From positions 20,907-84,906 of the forward strand of contig JAQCBT010000013.1 in NCBI GenBank assembly GCA_027621405.1: a stretch of DNA of 64,000 nucleotides. The letters run 5' to 3'. The DNA is from Pseudomonadota bacterium (GTDB lineage Bacteria; Pseudomonadota; Gammaproteobacteria; Pseudomonadales; Pseudohongiellaceae). Below the pieces are notes generated by a model that worked only from the letters and a program-made list of their open reading frames with translations, made no database searches and had not been told where the DNA came from. Positions 47,786-57,513 of this stretch are shown here, piece by piece. Positions within the stretch are counted from its first letter, which is position 1. Each line of letters opens with the position of its first letter. Made by a program: the position numbers and the translations under genes.

Positions 47786-49222
47786 ATGGGAAAGCCAACA
47801 GGATTCAAAGAATACGCCCGCGAAACAGAGCCCTATCGCGATGCGATGGAGCGGCTGCTGGATTTCAAGGAGATCTACACCGAACACAAGGAAGCACATC
47901 TTGCGACCCAGGGTGCGCGCTGCATGGATTGTGGTGTGCCATTCTGCCAGTCAGGCGATGGCTGTCCGGTCTATAACCTGATTCCGGAGTGGAATGATCT
48001 CGTCTACAACGAGCGCTGGAAAGAAGCGCTGGATCGCCTGCACAAGACCAATAACTTCCCCGAATTCACCGGCCGGGTTTGCCCCGCGCCTTGCGAGGGC
48101 GCCTGCGTACTGGGTATTCACGAACCCCCGGTAGCCATCAAGAATATTGAGTGCGCCATTATCGACAAGGGTTTCGAAAATGGCTGGGTAGTGGCAAAGC
48201 CACCTTCCATACGCACCGGCAAGAAGGTAGCCGTCGTGGGTTCAGGCCCCGCTGGCCTGGCCGCCGCGGCAGAACTCAATCTCAAGGGACATCAAGTCAC
48301 CGTGTACGAGCGTGACGACCGCATCGGCGGCCTGCTCATGTATGGCATTCCCAACATGAAACTGGACAAGGGTGTTGTCGACCGTCGGGTTGACTTGCTA
48401 CGGCAGGAAGGCGTCGAGTTCGTGGTGAATGCCAATGTCGGTGGCAGCGGTGATAATGCGGTTAGCGTACAGCAACTGTTGGATGACAACGACGCCCTGC
48501 TGCTGGCCACAGGTGCAACTACACCCCGTGACCTGAAGATCCCCAATCGTGAAGGTGATGGCGTGCATTTCGCTATGGAATTCCTGCTCAAGAACACCCG
48601 GAGCCTGCTGGATTCCAACCTGGAAGACGGTCAATACATCAGCGCCAGGGACAAGAACGTGATAGTCATCGGTGGTGGCGATACCGGTACTGACTGCATC
48701 GGCACTTCATTGCGCCATGGCTGCAAGTCACTGGTAAATTTCGAGATCATGCCCAGGCCGCCGCAAGAACGCGCCGAGAATAATCCCTGGCCCACCTGGC
48801 CGGTGATCTTCCGGGTCGATTACGGCCATGAAGAAGCCGCCGCCAGAGATGGTAGTGATCCCCGGGTCTATTCAATCTCCGGCAAGGAGTTTGTCCGTGA
48901 TGAGAACGGTAAACTCCTGGGTATCAAGACCGTTGAAGTCGACAGCAAGTTCCAGGAAGTACCCGGCACCGAGAAATTCTGGGAAGCCGACCTGATTCTT
49001 CTGTCCATGGGATTCCTCGGCCCGGAACACTATGTGAGTGAGCCCCTGGGACTCGAACTCGACCAGCGTTCCAACTACAAGGCCGACTACGACGTATTCA
49101 AGACCTCTGCCGAGAAGGTATTCACTGCAGGTGACTGCCGTCGTGGCCAATCACTGGTGGTACGTGCCATCGATGAAGGCCGCAAGGTGGCGGTTGCCAT
49201 CGATCAGTATCTGTCGGATTAA
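47786..49222 (+). CDS. gltD: glutamate synthase small subunit
   Basis: Cys clusters CMDCGVPFC and [23 protein letters not shown] dinucleotide fold. It starts 12 nt after gltB. Confidence 0.95.
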   Translation: MGKPTGFKEYARETEPYRDAMERLLDFKEIYTEHKEAHLATQGARCMDCGVPFCQSGDGCPVYNLIPEWNDLVYNERWKEALDRLHKTNNFPEFTGRVCPAPCEGACVLGIHEPPVAIKNIECAIIDKGFENGWVVAKPPSIRTGKKVAVVGSGPAGLAAAAELNLKGHQVTVYERDDRIGGLLMYGIPNMKLDKGVVDRRVDLLRQEGVEFVVNANVGGSGDNAVSVQQLLDDNDALLLATGATTPRDLKIPNREGDGVHFAMEFLLKNTRSLLDSNLEDGQYISARDKNVIVIGGGDTGTDCIGTSLRHGCKSLVNFEIMPRPPQERAENNPWPTWPVIFRVDYGHEEAAARDGSDPRVYSISGKEFVRDENGKLLGIKTVEVDSKFQEVPGTEKFWEADLILLSMGFLGPEHYVSEPLGLELDQRSNYKADYDVFKTSAEKVFTAGDCRRGQSLVVRAIDEGRKVAVAIDQYLSD

Positions 49223-49333
49223 ACGCCACGCGGAGCGAGTAATCTCCAGTACGGAGCGCTCCGCTACAGGTCTTCCTGCTATTCTGCGATACTTGCTTCC
49301 CCGAACCCCGCAATAGTGGTTTCCAGAGGAAGC

Positions 49334-50266
49334 ATGAACTCTCCAGTTCTCAGCCTGCAGAACGTCGTCAAAAAGTACGGTGAATTCACCGCCGTCAAGG
49401 ACGTCAGCCTCTCGATTCCGAAGGGAGCGATCTATGGTTTTCTCGGCCCCAATGGTGCCGGCAAGACCACCACCCTGCGCATGATCCTGGAGATCATCAA
49501 ACCCAGCAGCGGCGCCATCAGCATTCTTGGCGGTGATTCGGCCCTCACCGCCCGCAATCGCATTGGCTATCTGCCTGAAGAGAAGGGCCTGTACAAGAAG
49601 ATGAAGGTGTGGGCCATCATCCAGTACTTCGCCATGTTGAAGGGCATGGAGAAGAAGGCCGCGAAGGAACGGGCTTTCGAATTGCTGGAGAAATACGGGC
49701 TGAAAGATTTCGCCGAGGCAAAGGTGGAATCCCTTTCCAAGGGCATGGGCCAGAAAGTACAGGTGCTGTCGGCAGTGGCCCACGAACCCGAGCTGGTCAT
49801 TCTGGACGAGCCTTTCTCCGGCCTGGATCCTGTGAACCAGAAGGTTCTCGAAGAACTCATTCGCGACATGGCCAGCAATGGCCAGACTGTCATTTTCTCC
49901 ACTCACGTGATGGAGCATGCCGAGCGTCTGTGTGATCACATCCTGTTGATCACCCGCGGAGAGAAGATTTTTGATGGCACAGTAAAAGAAGCCAAGGCCC
50001 TGATGCCGCGACGGGTGATCGTGGAGACATCGGCGCAGCTCGATGCGCTACAGGCGATATCCGGAGTCGTCGCGATCCAGGCTGACCAGGAAAATCCTGC
50101 GCAGTGGACGATTGAGATTTCCGAGCAGCTGAATCCCCAGGAAATCCTGCGGCACTGTTTCGAGAAGAATATTCCGCTCAATCGATTCGAGTTCAGTGAA
50201 CCAAGCCTGCACGATGTGTTCGTACACCTGGTTGGCGACGAAGCCAGGGAGCACGCGGCACGATGA
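49334..50266 (+). CDS. ABC transporter ATP-binding protein (ABC-2/NatA-like)
   Basis: Walker A GPNGAGKTT. Signature LSKGMGQK. Walker B LVILDEPFSGLD. AGGAAG Shine-Dalgarno sequence before ATG 49334. Confidence 0.9.
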   Translation: MNSPVLSLQNVVKKYGEFTAVKDVSLSIPKGAIYGFLGPNGAGKTTTLRMILEIIKPSSGAISILGGDSALTARNRIGYLPEEKGLYKKMKVWAIIQYFAMLKGMEKKAAKERAFELLEKYGLKDFAEAKVESLSKGMGQKVQVLSAVAHEPELVILDEPFSGLDPVNQKVLEELIRDMASNGQTVIFSTHVMEHAERLCDHILLITRGEKIFDGTVKEAKALMPRRVIVETSAQLDALQAISGVVAIQADQENPAQWTIEISEQLNPQEILRHCFEKNIPLNRFEFSEPSLHDVFVHLVGDEAREHAAR

Positions 50267-51843
50267 ACATCATCAAACTCATCGCCCTGCGCGAGTACAT
50301 GGAGAATGTGCGCACGAAGGGATTCTGGATCACCATTCTCATCGTGCCGCTGATGATCGTAGGCATATTCTTTATCCAGATCGTCCTGCAGAATGCGACT
50401 CCCACCCGTTATTACATGCTGGTGGATCAGTCCGGTCAGTATGAGGATGCCGTTGCCGTGGCCATAGAACGCGAGCACCAGCGGCGCATACTGCAGGAGT
50501 TTGTTGGCTATCTGATGGAATACCGGACGGAGACTGATCTTGAGTTGCAGGGTGCCAATGCTGGCAACAGCGTCGACCAGATGATCGATGATGTGGACGC
50601 CGATGAGGTGGCTGCACTGGATGAGTGGCTCAACAGCGGCGGCCTGGATTTCGCCATCACCATGGCAAGCCCCTACCTGGAAGAAGATCGCCCGCCCTTC
50701 GAAACACCGGAGCCACAATTCATCGAGGCGCCACTTCCCGATGGCGTCGACCCGGAAGCACCAGCCAAAGAGATCGTGGAAGCCCTGCGCCCCTACCTTA
50801 GCGGCGAGCGCCAGGTGAGTGTCGATGGCAGGCAGGGGCCGTTGTTTGCTCTCATCCTTATTCCTGCCGATGTGAACAATGACATCAGCAGGCCGGGTGC
50901 AATGCCAGCGCCTCCGGACGGCCCACAAGGAGTCCAGTATTGGGCCAGCAACCTCACCGATTCGCGCCTTCCAGACGCCATCATCCGCAGTATCAATACC
51001 GAGATCAGGGAACAGGAATACGAGAACCTGGGGGTGAACACAGACCTGGTGTCCAGGGTGCAGCGCACCCGCATGCCCATGTCCCAGCTTGACCCAACAG
51101 CGGCAGCAGGAGAGGAAGCCGTTAGCGTGGCCGATACCTTCCGCCAGTTTGCACCGATCGGCTTTGTCTACCTGATGTTCATCTCTCTCATGCAGAGCGT
51201 GCAGTACCTGCTGAGTAATACCGTGGAAGAGAAATCCAATCGCATCATCGAAGTCTTACTGGCATCGGTTACCGCCGACGAATTGATGATGGGCAAACTG
51301 GTAGGCATCGGCATGGCCGGCTTGACCACGATAGGGATCTGGCTACTCTCTTTCTTCCTGTTCCTCAATCTCTACAGTAGCACCGAAACCGAACTGATCA
51401 ACCAGATGCTGGATGTTATATTGGGATCGGAGCTCATTCCCTGGTTTGTGTTTTACTACTTTGCAGGCTATGCGCTCTATTCAAGCATCTTTCTCGCCAT
51501 CGGCAGCCTGTGTAACACATTGAAAGAAGCCCAGGCCCTGATGACACCGATGATTTTCATCCAGGTCGTGCCCATCGCGATGATGGCGTTCGTGGTGATG
51601 GACCCCAATAATTCGCTGGTTCGAGTCATGTCCTGGATACCCCTGTTTACCCCGTACCTGATGATGAACCGGGCCGCGGCTGATCCACCCATGATTGATA
51701 TAGTGGGTACTACCGCTCTGTTGATCGTGAGTATCGTGCTTGTGTTGTGGTTGTCGGGCAAGGTATTCAGGCAAGGAGTACTGCGTACGGGACAGCCACC
51801 ACGTTTCGTGGAGCTAGTGCGCCTGATTCGCACCAGAGCGTGA
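50263..51843 (+). CDS. ABC-2 type permease with a large extracytoplasmic loop (NatB-like)
   Basis: ATGA overlap with the ATPase gene. One N-terminal TM, a ~260-aa soluble insert, then 5 C-terminal TMs. Confidence 0.8.
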   Translation: MNIIKLIALREYMENVRTKGFWITILIVPLMIVGIFFIQIVLQNATPTRYYMLVDQSGQYEDAVAVAIEREHQRRILQEFVGYLMEYRTETDLELQGANAGNSVDQMIDDVDADEVAALDEWLNSGGLDFAITMASPYLEEDRPPFETPEPQFIEAPLPDGVDPEAPAKEIVEALRPYLSGERQVSVDGRQGPLFALILIPADVNNDISRPGAMPAPPDGPQGVQYWASNLTDSRLPDAIIRSINTEIREQEYENLGVNTDLVSRVQRTRMPMSQLDPTAAAGEEAVSVADTFRQFAPIGFVYLMFISLMQSVQYLLSNTVEEKSNRIIEVLLASVTADELMMGKLVGIGMAGLTTIGIWLLSFFLFLNLYSSTETELINQMLDVILGSELIPWFVFYYFAGYALYSSIFLAIGSLCNTLKEAQALMTPMIFIQVVPIAMMAFVVMDPNNSLVRVMSWIPLFTPYLMMNRAAADPPMIDIVGTTALLIVSIVLVLWLSGKVFRQGVLRTGQPPRFVELVRLIRTRA

Positions 51844-51890
51844 CCTCGTCTTTGCTCTTGATTGGGATCTCGTCAGGAGAGATGAAAAAT
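51841..51890 (+). repeat. degenerate direct repeat, left copy (relic of the 3' end of gene 52473..52838)
   Basis: TGACCTCGTCTTTGCTCTTGATTGGGATC... versus TAACCTCGTCTTTACTCTTGGTGGGATC... at 52481. The first 20 nt match 18/20, and identity is ~75% over ~50 nt with one indel. Confidence 0.6.
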
Positions 51891-51985
51891 ACAATACGAA
51901 GAATAAGAGGGGTCAAAGTAAAATCCAATACTGTATTTCACTCTGACTTAATTTGTCCGGACAGTGATCGAAAGGCAGCGAACAA

Positions 51986-52393
51986 ATGAGTCTAAACCTC
52001 TATAGCTGTCGTACCGGATTTATAACTTTATATAGAAACACCATTTGGGATCGCCCGGTGAAAATCAAGCTCTCAGAACTGCGAAAGCAGAAGTTCATTG
52101 AAAAAGTCATTCTGCATAGTCATGACCAGAGCCTGTACCTGATATCGGTACTATTTGACGGCGAGGAACGCTATGTGACCGATGAAAAAGGTAATTTTCT
52201 AAAGTCATTCAGCAAGCTGGAACTGCAAAGCAAGTTTGATCGACTGATTGTGGGGCAGATGATTCTGCGCCATCAGAGCCCTTATGATGAGATGATCGGC
52301 CTGACTGAGGAGAAATCCGACAATACGCTGGAGGTGCTAATCGGCGGCGAAGCCTATGCGTATCAAGCGCAGGACGACGAGTCTTTGCACTGA
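51986..52393 (+). CDS. hypothetical protein (135 aa) inside an AT-rich insert
   Basis: The only ORF between the two direct repeats. AT-rich by eye. Weak Shine-Dalgarno sequence. Confidence 0.5.
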   Translation: MSLNLYSCRTGFITLYRNTIWDRPVKIKLSELRKQKFIEKVILHSHDQSLYLISVLFDGEERYVTDEKGNFLKSFSKLELQSKFDRLIVGQMILRHQSPYDEMIGLTEEKSDNTLEVLIGGEAYAYQAQDDESLH

Positions 52394-52472
52394 AAAAGCC
52401 AACAAGCAAAATGGTTGGAAAAGTTTATTTTGCTGCATCGACTTGTGGCTCCCGTGAAAGCGGTGATACGGC

Positions 52473-52838
52473 TTAAAACGTAACCTCGTCTTTACTCTTG
52501 GTGGGATCGCCCCGGGACAGAGGAAAACCACAGTGCCTGCAAGACTTCTTGCGCAGGCTTAGCAGGATGTTCTTGACGAAGTACTGCTGGTGGCAGACCG
52601 GGCAGTGACGCCGGGCCATGTCGACGGCAAAACCGGCCCACATGCCCATGTAAATGTACATGAGTGCCTCGATGTCTTTCTGGTTGTTGAGCAGTATCCA
52701 GATGGCAACGATGTAGACGGGCAAGGTCCAGAAGCAGACCAGCAGGCGGGTACGCGCCCTGCCCAGCTCCCGGGCCTGGCGAATCTGTTCTGCGCTGGCT
52801 TCGAATTCTGGCGATGAAGGGCTTTTCTGTTCAGGCAT
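52473..52838 (-). CDS. membrane protein with C-terminal zinc ribbon
   Basis: ATG 52838 (the track TTG start is 52868). Two TM helices, then CPVCHQ...CRHCG. Confidence 0.55.
   Translation of the reverse strand: MPEQKSPSSPEFEASAEQIRQARELGRARTRLLVCFWTLPVYIVAIWILLNNQKDIEALMYIYMGMWAGFAVDMARRHCPVCHQQYFVKNILLSLRKKSCRHCGFPLSRGDPTKSKDEVTF
52481..52529 (+). repeat. direct repeat, right copy (functional 3' end of gene 52473..52838)
   Basis: See 51841-51890. Confidence 0.6.
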
Positions 52839-53029
52839 GGTTGCTCGAGGCTGGGAGCAGATGAACAATTAGCGAAGGAGTGAAGAACTGCATTAATAAC
52901 CATCTGGTAGACTGCATGGATTTCTTCACCTACTGTAGCCAACTTCAAACGCAATGTATACGAACACAGTGCCGTGAAATTCGATTTGGTATCTGGTTTT
53001 TCTTCCCTGCTTCCTGTATCAGACTGAAC

Positions 53030-54802
53030 ATGCAAGCGTCCCTCGACTCCGTTACCGCGCTGGTACGCGATGAGCAATCTGGCCAATGGTTGTTATTTAC
53101 CAATGCCACTGAGATCGTCAGTACTTCCGATATTGAAGAAGTGGCGGGCTGTTTCCAGCGCCTGCAGGCACTGATTGATGATGGTTATTACGCGGTTGGC
53201 TATGTCGCCTATGAAGCAGCGCCCGCCTTCGACTCCAGCTTGCCCGCGCATCAGCCAGGTACTCCTTTGCTATGCTTCGCCATATTCGAAGAACCTGCAG
53301 TCGCCAGCCTGCCGCAACCCTTGCCTGACTTACCCCTGTCACTTGCGACAAGCCTGGAGCGCGGTGACTACCTGGAGAAAATAGAAAAGATTAAAGATCA
53401 CCTGGAAGCCGGGGATTGTTACCAGGTAAATTTCACCCATACTCTCCGTGGACAGCGGGTGTCCGATGCCTCGAGTCCGCTCGACATCTTCGCGACGCTC
53501 TACGAGCATCAGCCATCCCCTCGTTCTGTATTTTTCCAACATGACAGCACGATAATTTGCAGTGTATCTCCTGAGCTTTTCTTTAAGCTCGAAGGCGATC
53601 GCATCACCATGGAACCTATGAAGGGTACAAGGCCCCGGCATGAGGTCAGGGAGCTTGATGAGCAATTGCAACAGGAACTGCTCGATTCGGAAAAAGAGAA
53701 AGCAGAGAACCTGATGATTGTGGACATGGTGCGCAACGATCTTGGCAAGATCGCCAGGCCGGGAAGTGTACAGGTTGATGCCCTGTTCGAGATCATGGCC
53801 TTGCCCACTTTATGGCAACAGGTGTCCCGGGTATCGGCGAGCTCCGGCGCCAGCCTGTGGCAGATATTTCGGGCACTGTTCCCCTGCGCCTCTATAACCG
53901 GCGCGCCCAAGCGCCAGAGTATGGAGATCATCAGGACCCTGGAAACTTCGGCCCGGGGCATCTATACCGGCGCTATTGGGGTTATCAGTCCGCAAAGACG
54001 AGCACAGTTCAACGTCGGCATCCGAACTCTGGTGCTTAATGACCACAATATGACCGCATCCTATGGTGTTGGCAGCGGCGTGGTGTGGGATTCAGACCCA
54101 GCAAGCGAATGGCAGGAGACCCTGGACAAGGCCAGGATCGTGCAACCCCGGCAGTCCTTCGATCTGCTGGAGACGATGCTCTATCGGCCGGGCGAGGGTA
54201 TCGTCTTGCATAAATTTCACCTGCAAAGGTTGAGTGATAGCGCCAACTATTTTGGCTATCCGTTGAACCCGGATGAAATAGGCAGGGTACTGGCTACCAT
54301 CGAGTCATCTGAGCCGCTGCGCATAAGACTCTTGCTCGACAGTGCTGGCCAGTGTCGGGTAGAGACGAGCCCATTAGTGCGTGCGGCAGAAGAAGTAACC
54401 TTGACCCTGGCGAAGAAGCCAGTCCAATCCGGTGACCTGTTCCTGAGACACAAGACTACCAATCGTGAAGTCTATGAATCTGCCAGGGCGGATGCTGGCG
54501 AAGTTGATGATGTTGTGTTGTGGAATGAACGTGGCGAACTCACTGAGACAACAATCTACAATCTGTTCCTGGAAATCGATGGAGAATTGTTGACCCCTGC
54601 CCTGTCCAGTGGCCTCCTCGCCGGAACCCTGCGCCGCGACCTGCTCGAGTCTGGTAAAGCAAGGGAAGCGGTACTCAATCTCGGCGATCTGGAAAGAGCG
54701 ACCCGCGTGTTCGTCGGAAATAGTGTACGGGGACTCCTGCCCGCCCGACCCATTCCCCAGGCAATCGATCTTATGAGTCACATCGGGGTCAAGGCAGAAT
54801 AA
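53030..54802 (+). CDS. bifunctional chorismate-binding enzyme (PabB-like) / class IV aminotransferase (PabC-like) fusion
   Basis: ATG 53030 (MQASLDS...). The chorismate-binding core carries ...PGSVQV..., ...ITGAPK..., GIYTGAIG. The C-terminal ~230 aa carry ...LLETMLY... and ...LTETTIYNLF... class IV fold motifs. The track start 52880 adds an implausible Cys-rich leader. Confidence 0.85.
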   Translation: MQASLDSVTALVRDEQSGQWLLFTNATEIVSTSDIEEVAGCFQRLQALIDDGYYAVGYVAYEAAPAFDSSLPAHQPGTPLLCFAIFEEPAVASLPQPLPDLPLSLATSLERGDYLEKIEKIKDHLEAGDCYQVNFTHTLRGQRVSDASSPLDIFATLYEHQPSPRSVFFQHDSTIICSVSPELFFKLEGDRITMEPMKGTRPRHEVRELDEQLQQELLDSEKEKAENLMIVDMVRNDLGKIARPGSVQVDALFEIMALPTLWQQVSRVSASSGASLWQIFRALFPCASITGAPKRQSMEIIRTLETSARGIYTGAIGVISPQRRAQFNVGIRTLVLNDHNMTASYGVGSGVVWDSDPASEWQETLDKARIVQPRQSFDLLETMLYRPGEGIVLHKFHLQRLSDSANYFGYPLNPDEIGRVLATIESSEPLRIRLLLDSAGQCRVETSPLVRAAEEVTLTLAKKPVQSGDLFLRHKTTNREVYESARADAGEVDDVVLWNERGELTETTIYNLFLEIDGELLTPALSSGLLAGTLRRDLLESGKAREAVLNLGDLERATRVFVGNSVRGLLPARPIPQAIDLMSHIGVKAE

Positions 54803-55419
54803 AGCTGGTTCGCACCGATGAATAGCAGTACGGCAGCCAGCATCCGATTCACCAGCACACCACTCTGTTCAGTATGGGTCTTCAGGTAGGCGCTCGCCAC
54901 GGCGAACCCCCCGAGCGCAAGGAATTTGCCAATGAATACGCCAAGCAGAAACGCCAGCAGGTTAATGCCCTCATACTCGAACACGAAAGACTGGGATATA
55001 GCAGCGAGTGCAAAGATCCAGAAAGGTATCGCCTGTGGATTCAATGCAGCGATCATCAGTCCGCTTCTGAAGAGTGATTGTTTCTCTTCTGCTGTTCTCT
55101 CCTTAGCATCACGCAATTCCGATTTCGGTTTTCGGAATAACACGACGAGGGCTAGCAGAATAAACGTCGCGGCCACTAGCAGCTTGAACAACATATTGGT
55201 TTCGAGGAAGCGGCTAATCACCATGCCAAACCAGATCGCGATGAGCGCCTGAAATATCTCTATTAGGGAAGCGGCGAGCGCCACCTGCAGACCACGGTGC
55301 TTGTCATAGTCCACCGTCGTCTTGACCACGGTCAGGTTGATGGGGCCGAAGGGAATAGTGCCGAGAAAGCAGGCCAGCAGTGCCACCAGCAGATAGGTAA
55401 TGGGGCCAGACATTTCCAT
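54778..55419 (-). CDS. LysE/RhtB family translocator
   Basis: 213 aa, 6 TM, N-terminal ...IPFGPINL... motif. Its 3' end overlaps the pabBC 3' end by 25 nt (convergent). Confidence 0.8.
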   Translation of the reverse strand: MEMSGPITYLLVALLACFLGTIPFGPINLTVVKTTVDYDKHRGLQVALAASLIEIFQALIAIWFGMVISRFLETNMLFKLLVAATFILLALVVLFRKPKSELRDAKERTAEEKQSLFRSGLMIAALNPQAIPFWIFALAAISQSFVFEYEGINLLAFLLGVFIGKFLALGGFAVASAYLKTHTEQSGVLVNRMLAAVLLFIGANQLYSALTPM

Positions 55420-55439
55420 AGATGTTCTCCCTCGCGCTA

Positions 55440-57269
55440 CTACTGATAGCCCTTCGCCTGCAGATTGAACAGGGTGGCATACTGCCCATCCGCTGCCAGC
55501 AGTTCCTGGTGGCTGCCTTCCTCCATTATGGCTGCCTTCTCCAGCACGATGATGTGATCCGCCATGCGCACGGTGGAAAAGCGGTGGGAGATGATGATGG
55601 ATATCTTGTTCGCCGTCAGGTCCCGAAAGTGAGCGAATATCTCCGCCTCGGCCCGGGCATCGATGGCGGCGGTGGGTTCGTCAAGGATCAGGATATCTGC
55701 CTTGCTGCGCATGAAGGCCCGCGACAGGGCGATCTTCTGCCACTGGCCACCGGACAGTTCCTTGCCGTCCTTGAACCAGGTGCCCAGCTGGGTCTGGTAG
55801 GCAGCGGGTAGGTCTTTCACGAACTCGTCGGCCATGCCCTTGCGGGCGGCTTCCTCAATAAGGTTTTGTTCCTCCAGGTCTTCCACATCACCGATGCCGA
55901 TGTTCTCACCTACTAACATTTGATAGCGGGCGAAATCCTGGAATATCACACCAATCTTTTGGCGTAGCGCGTTGATATCCCAGTCCGCAAGGTCTAGCCC
56001 TTCCAGGTAGATGGTGCCCGATGTTGGCTGGTAGAGGCGGGTTAACAGCTTGATCAGGGTTGTCTTGCCGCTGCCATTTTCACCGACGATGGCGAGGCTT
56101 TCCCCGGGTCGAATGTGCAGGCTCACATTGTCCAGTGCCGGTGTCTTGCTGCCGGGATAGTAGAAGCTGACGCCTTCGAAACGAATACCATCGGCAGGGT
56201 CTGGCCCGGCCACCTGGTCACCGGATTGCTCCGGCACCTTGTGCGCCAGGTATTCGGTGAGATTGGACAGGTACAGATTGTCCTCATACATGCCATTCAC
56301 CGAAGTGAGGCTGTTGGTGACGGCATTTTGCCCAAGACGGAACTGCGCGATATACATGGTCATCTGGCCGATAGTGATCGCACCCGCAATCGCCGCCAGC
56401 CCCACCCAGCCGTAGGCAAAGTAGAACGCGGCACTGGCCAGCAGGCCCAGCACGTAGCCCCAGAATCCCCGACGCAGTACCAGGTTGCGATCTTCCTTGT
56501 AGATATCGCGGAAGATATTGACGTAGCGATCGAGGAACAGCTTGCCCAGTTGCAGCAGTTTGACCTCCTTGACACCGTCTTCCCGGGTCAGCACCATCTC
56601 CAGGTAGATCTGCATACGCCGTTCCGCGGATCGCCGACGATGGATGCGGAAGGCTTCACCTGAGAATTTCGCCTCCGCCACGAAGGCAGGAATGCCAGCG
56701 AGCGCCAGCAGTAATACCGCGTAGACGGAGAACTGCAACAGGAACAGGCCAATGGTTAGCAGTGCGATGAGATCCCTGATCAGGTCGAAGGTCTTGATAA
56801 CCAGGCTGAGAGGGCGGCTGGATGCTTCACGCCGGGCCCGTACCAGCTTGTCGTAATATTCCGCGTCTTCGAAGTGAGCCAGCTCCAGGGTCAGGGCCTT
56901 CTCCAGGATCATCACATTGATCTTGTTGCCCAGCAGTACGCGCAGGATGGATTGGCACACACCGTTGGCTTTCTGGGCACCGGTCATCAGCACCACGAGA
57001 CCTGCTTCGATCAGGACATAGCGCAGTACGTCGCTCCTTGCCAGCTCCGCTTCCTGACCCTGGGAATTAATGGCCGTGGCAACTGCATCGACAAACAGGC
57101 CCCCAATGGAAGCAATAGCTGCCGGCAACACACCCGCGATGAGGGTGGTAATCGCCATGACGATTGTCAGCGCGGCACTGGTGCTCCAGACAATCTCGAT
57201 GGCAACCCGACTGTATTGGAAGACCGACAGGAATCTGCGGACGGAGGTCTGGTTATCTTGCTCGCTCAA
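55440..57269 (-). CDS. ABC exporter, fused permease/ATPase (MsbA-like type I)
   Basis: Six N-terminal TM helices. Walker A GENGSGKTT. Signature LSGGQWQK. Walker B ILILDEPT. Confidence 0.9.
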   Translation of the reverse strand: MSEQDNQTSVRRFLSVFQYSRVAIEIVWSTSAALTIVMAITTLIAGVLPAAIASIGGLFVDAVATAINSQGQEAELARSDVLRYVLIEAGLVVLMTGAQKANGVCQSILRVLLGNKINVMILEKALTLELAHFEDAEYYDKLVRARREASSRPLSLVIKTFDLIRDLIALLTIGLFLLQFSVYAVLLLALAGIPAFVAEAKFSGEAFRIHRRRSAERRMQIYLEMVLTREDGVKEVKLLQLGKLFLDRYVNIFRDIYKEDRNLVLRRGFWGYVLGLLASAAFYFAYGWVGLAAIAGAITIGQMTMYIAQFRLGQNAVTNSLTSVNGMYEDNLYLSNLTEYLAHKVPEQSGDQVAGPDPADGIRFEGVSFYYPGSKTPALDNVSLHIRPGESLAIVGENGSGKTTLIKLLTRLYQPTSGTIYLEGLDLADWDINALRQKIGVIFQDFARYQMLVGENIGIGDVEDLEEQNLIEEAARKGMADEFVKDLPAAYQTQLGTWFKDGKELSGGQWQKIALSRAFMRSKADILILDEPTAAIDARAEAEIFAHFRDLTANKISIIISHRFSTVRMADHIIVLEKAAIMEEGSHQELLAADGQYATLFNLQAKGYQ

Positions 57270-57364
57270 ACTTTTCCCGGGAATGGCTGAATGGATGGGT
57301 GGGACGGAATTGCCTTGACTAAAACGCGCCTGGAAAGGCTTTGGATTATAGGGAAGCTGTAATC

Positions 57365-57427
57365 AATTATGTTACATCTCTGCATTACAGAAAACCGCGG
57401 CATGCTCCGCGGATACGTAACATAATT
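57365..57427. repeat. nested hairpin upstream of the ABC exporter
   Basis: The outer 11-bp arms AATTATGTTAC / GTAACATAATT are perfect. The inner stem is CCGCGG-catgct-CCGCGG. Confidence 0.6.
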
Positions 57428-57450
57428 AATCAAAGGGTCTCTGGCACAGC

Positions 57451-57487
57451 AAAAAAAAGGGCCTGCATGCTTATCATACAGGCCCTT
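57451..57487 (-). terminator. rho-independent terminator of the methyltransferase gene
   Basis: AAGGGCCTG-13 nt-CAGGCCCTT. The A8 on the plus strand is a U-run on the minus-strand transcript. Confidence 0.7.
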
Positions 57488-57513
57488 TCTGGTATTACTA
57501 ATTGGCTGCTTGC

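Noticed and set aside
49151-50928. Large minus-strand ORFs (49151..49939, 262 aa; 49936..50928, 330 aa).
   Set aside because: They are antisense to the clearly motif-bearing ABC ATPase and permease genes, and their composition is typical of shadow frames in GC-rich coding DNA.
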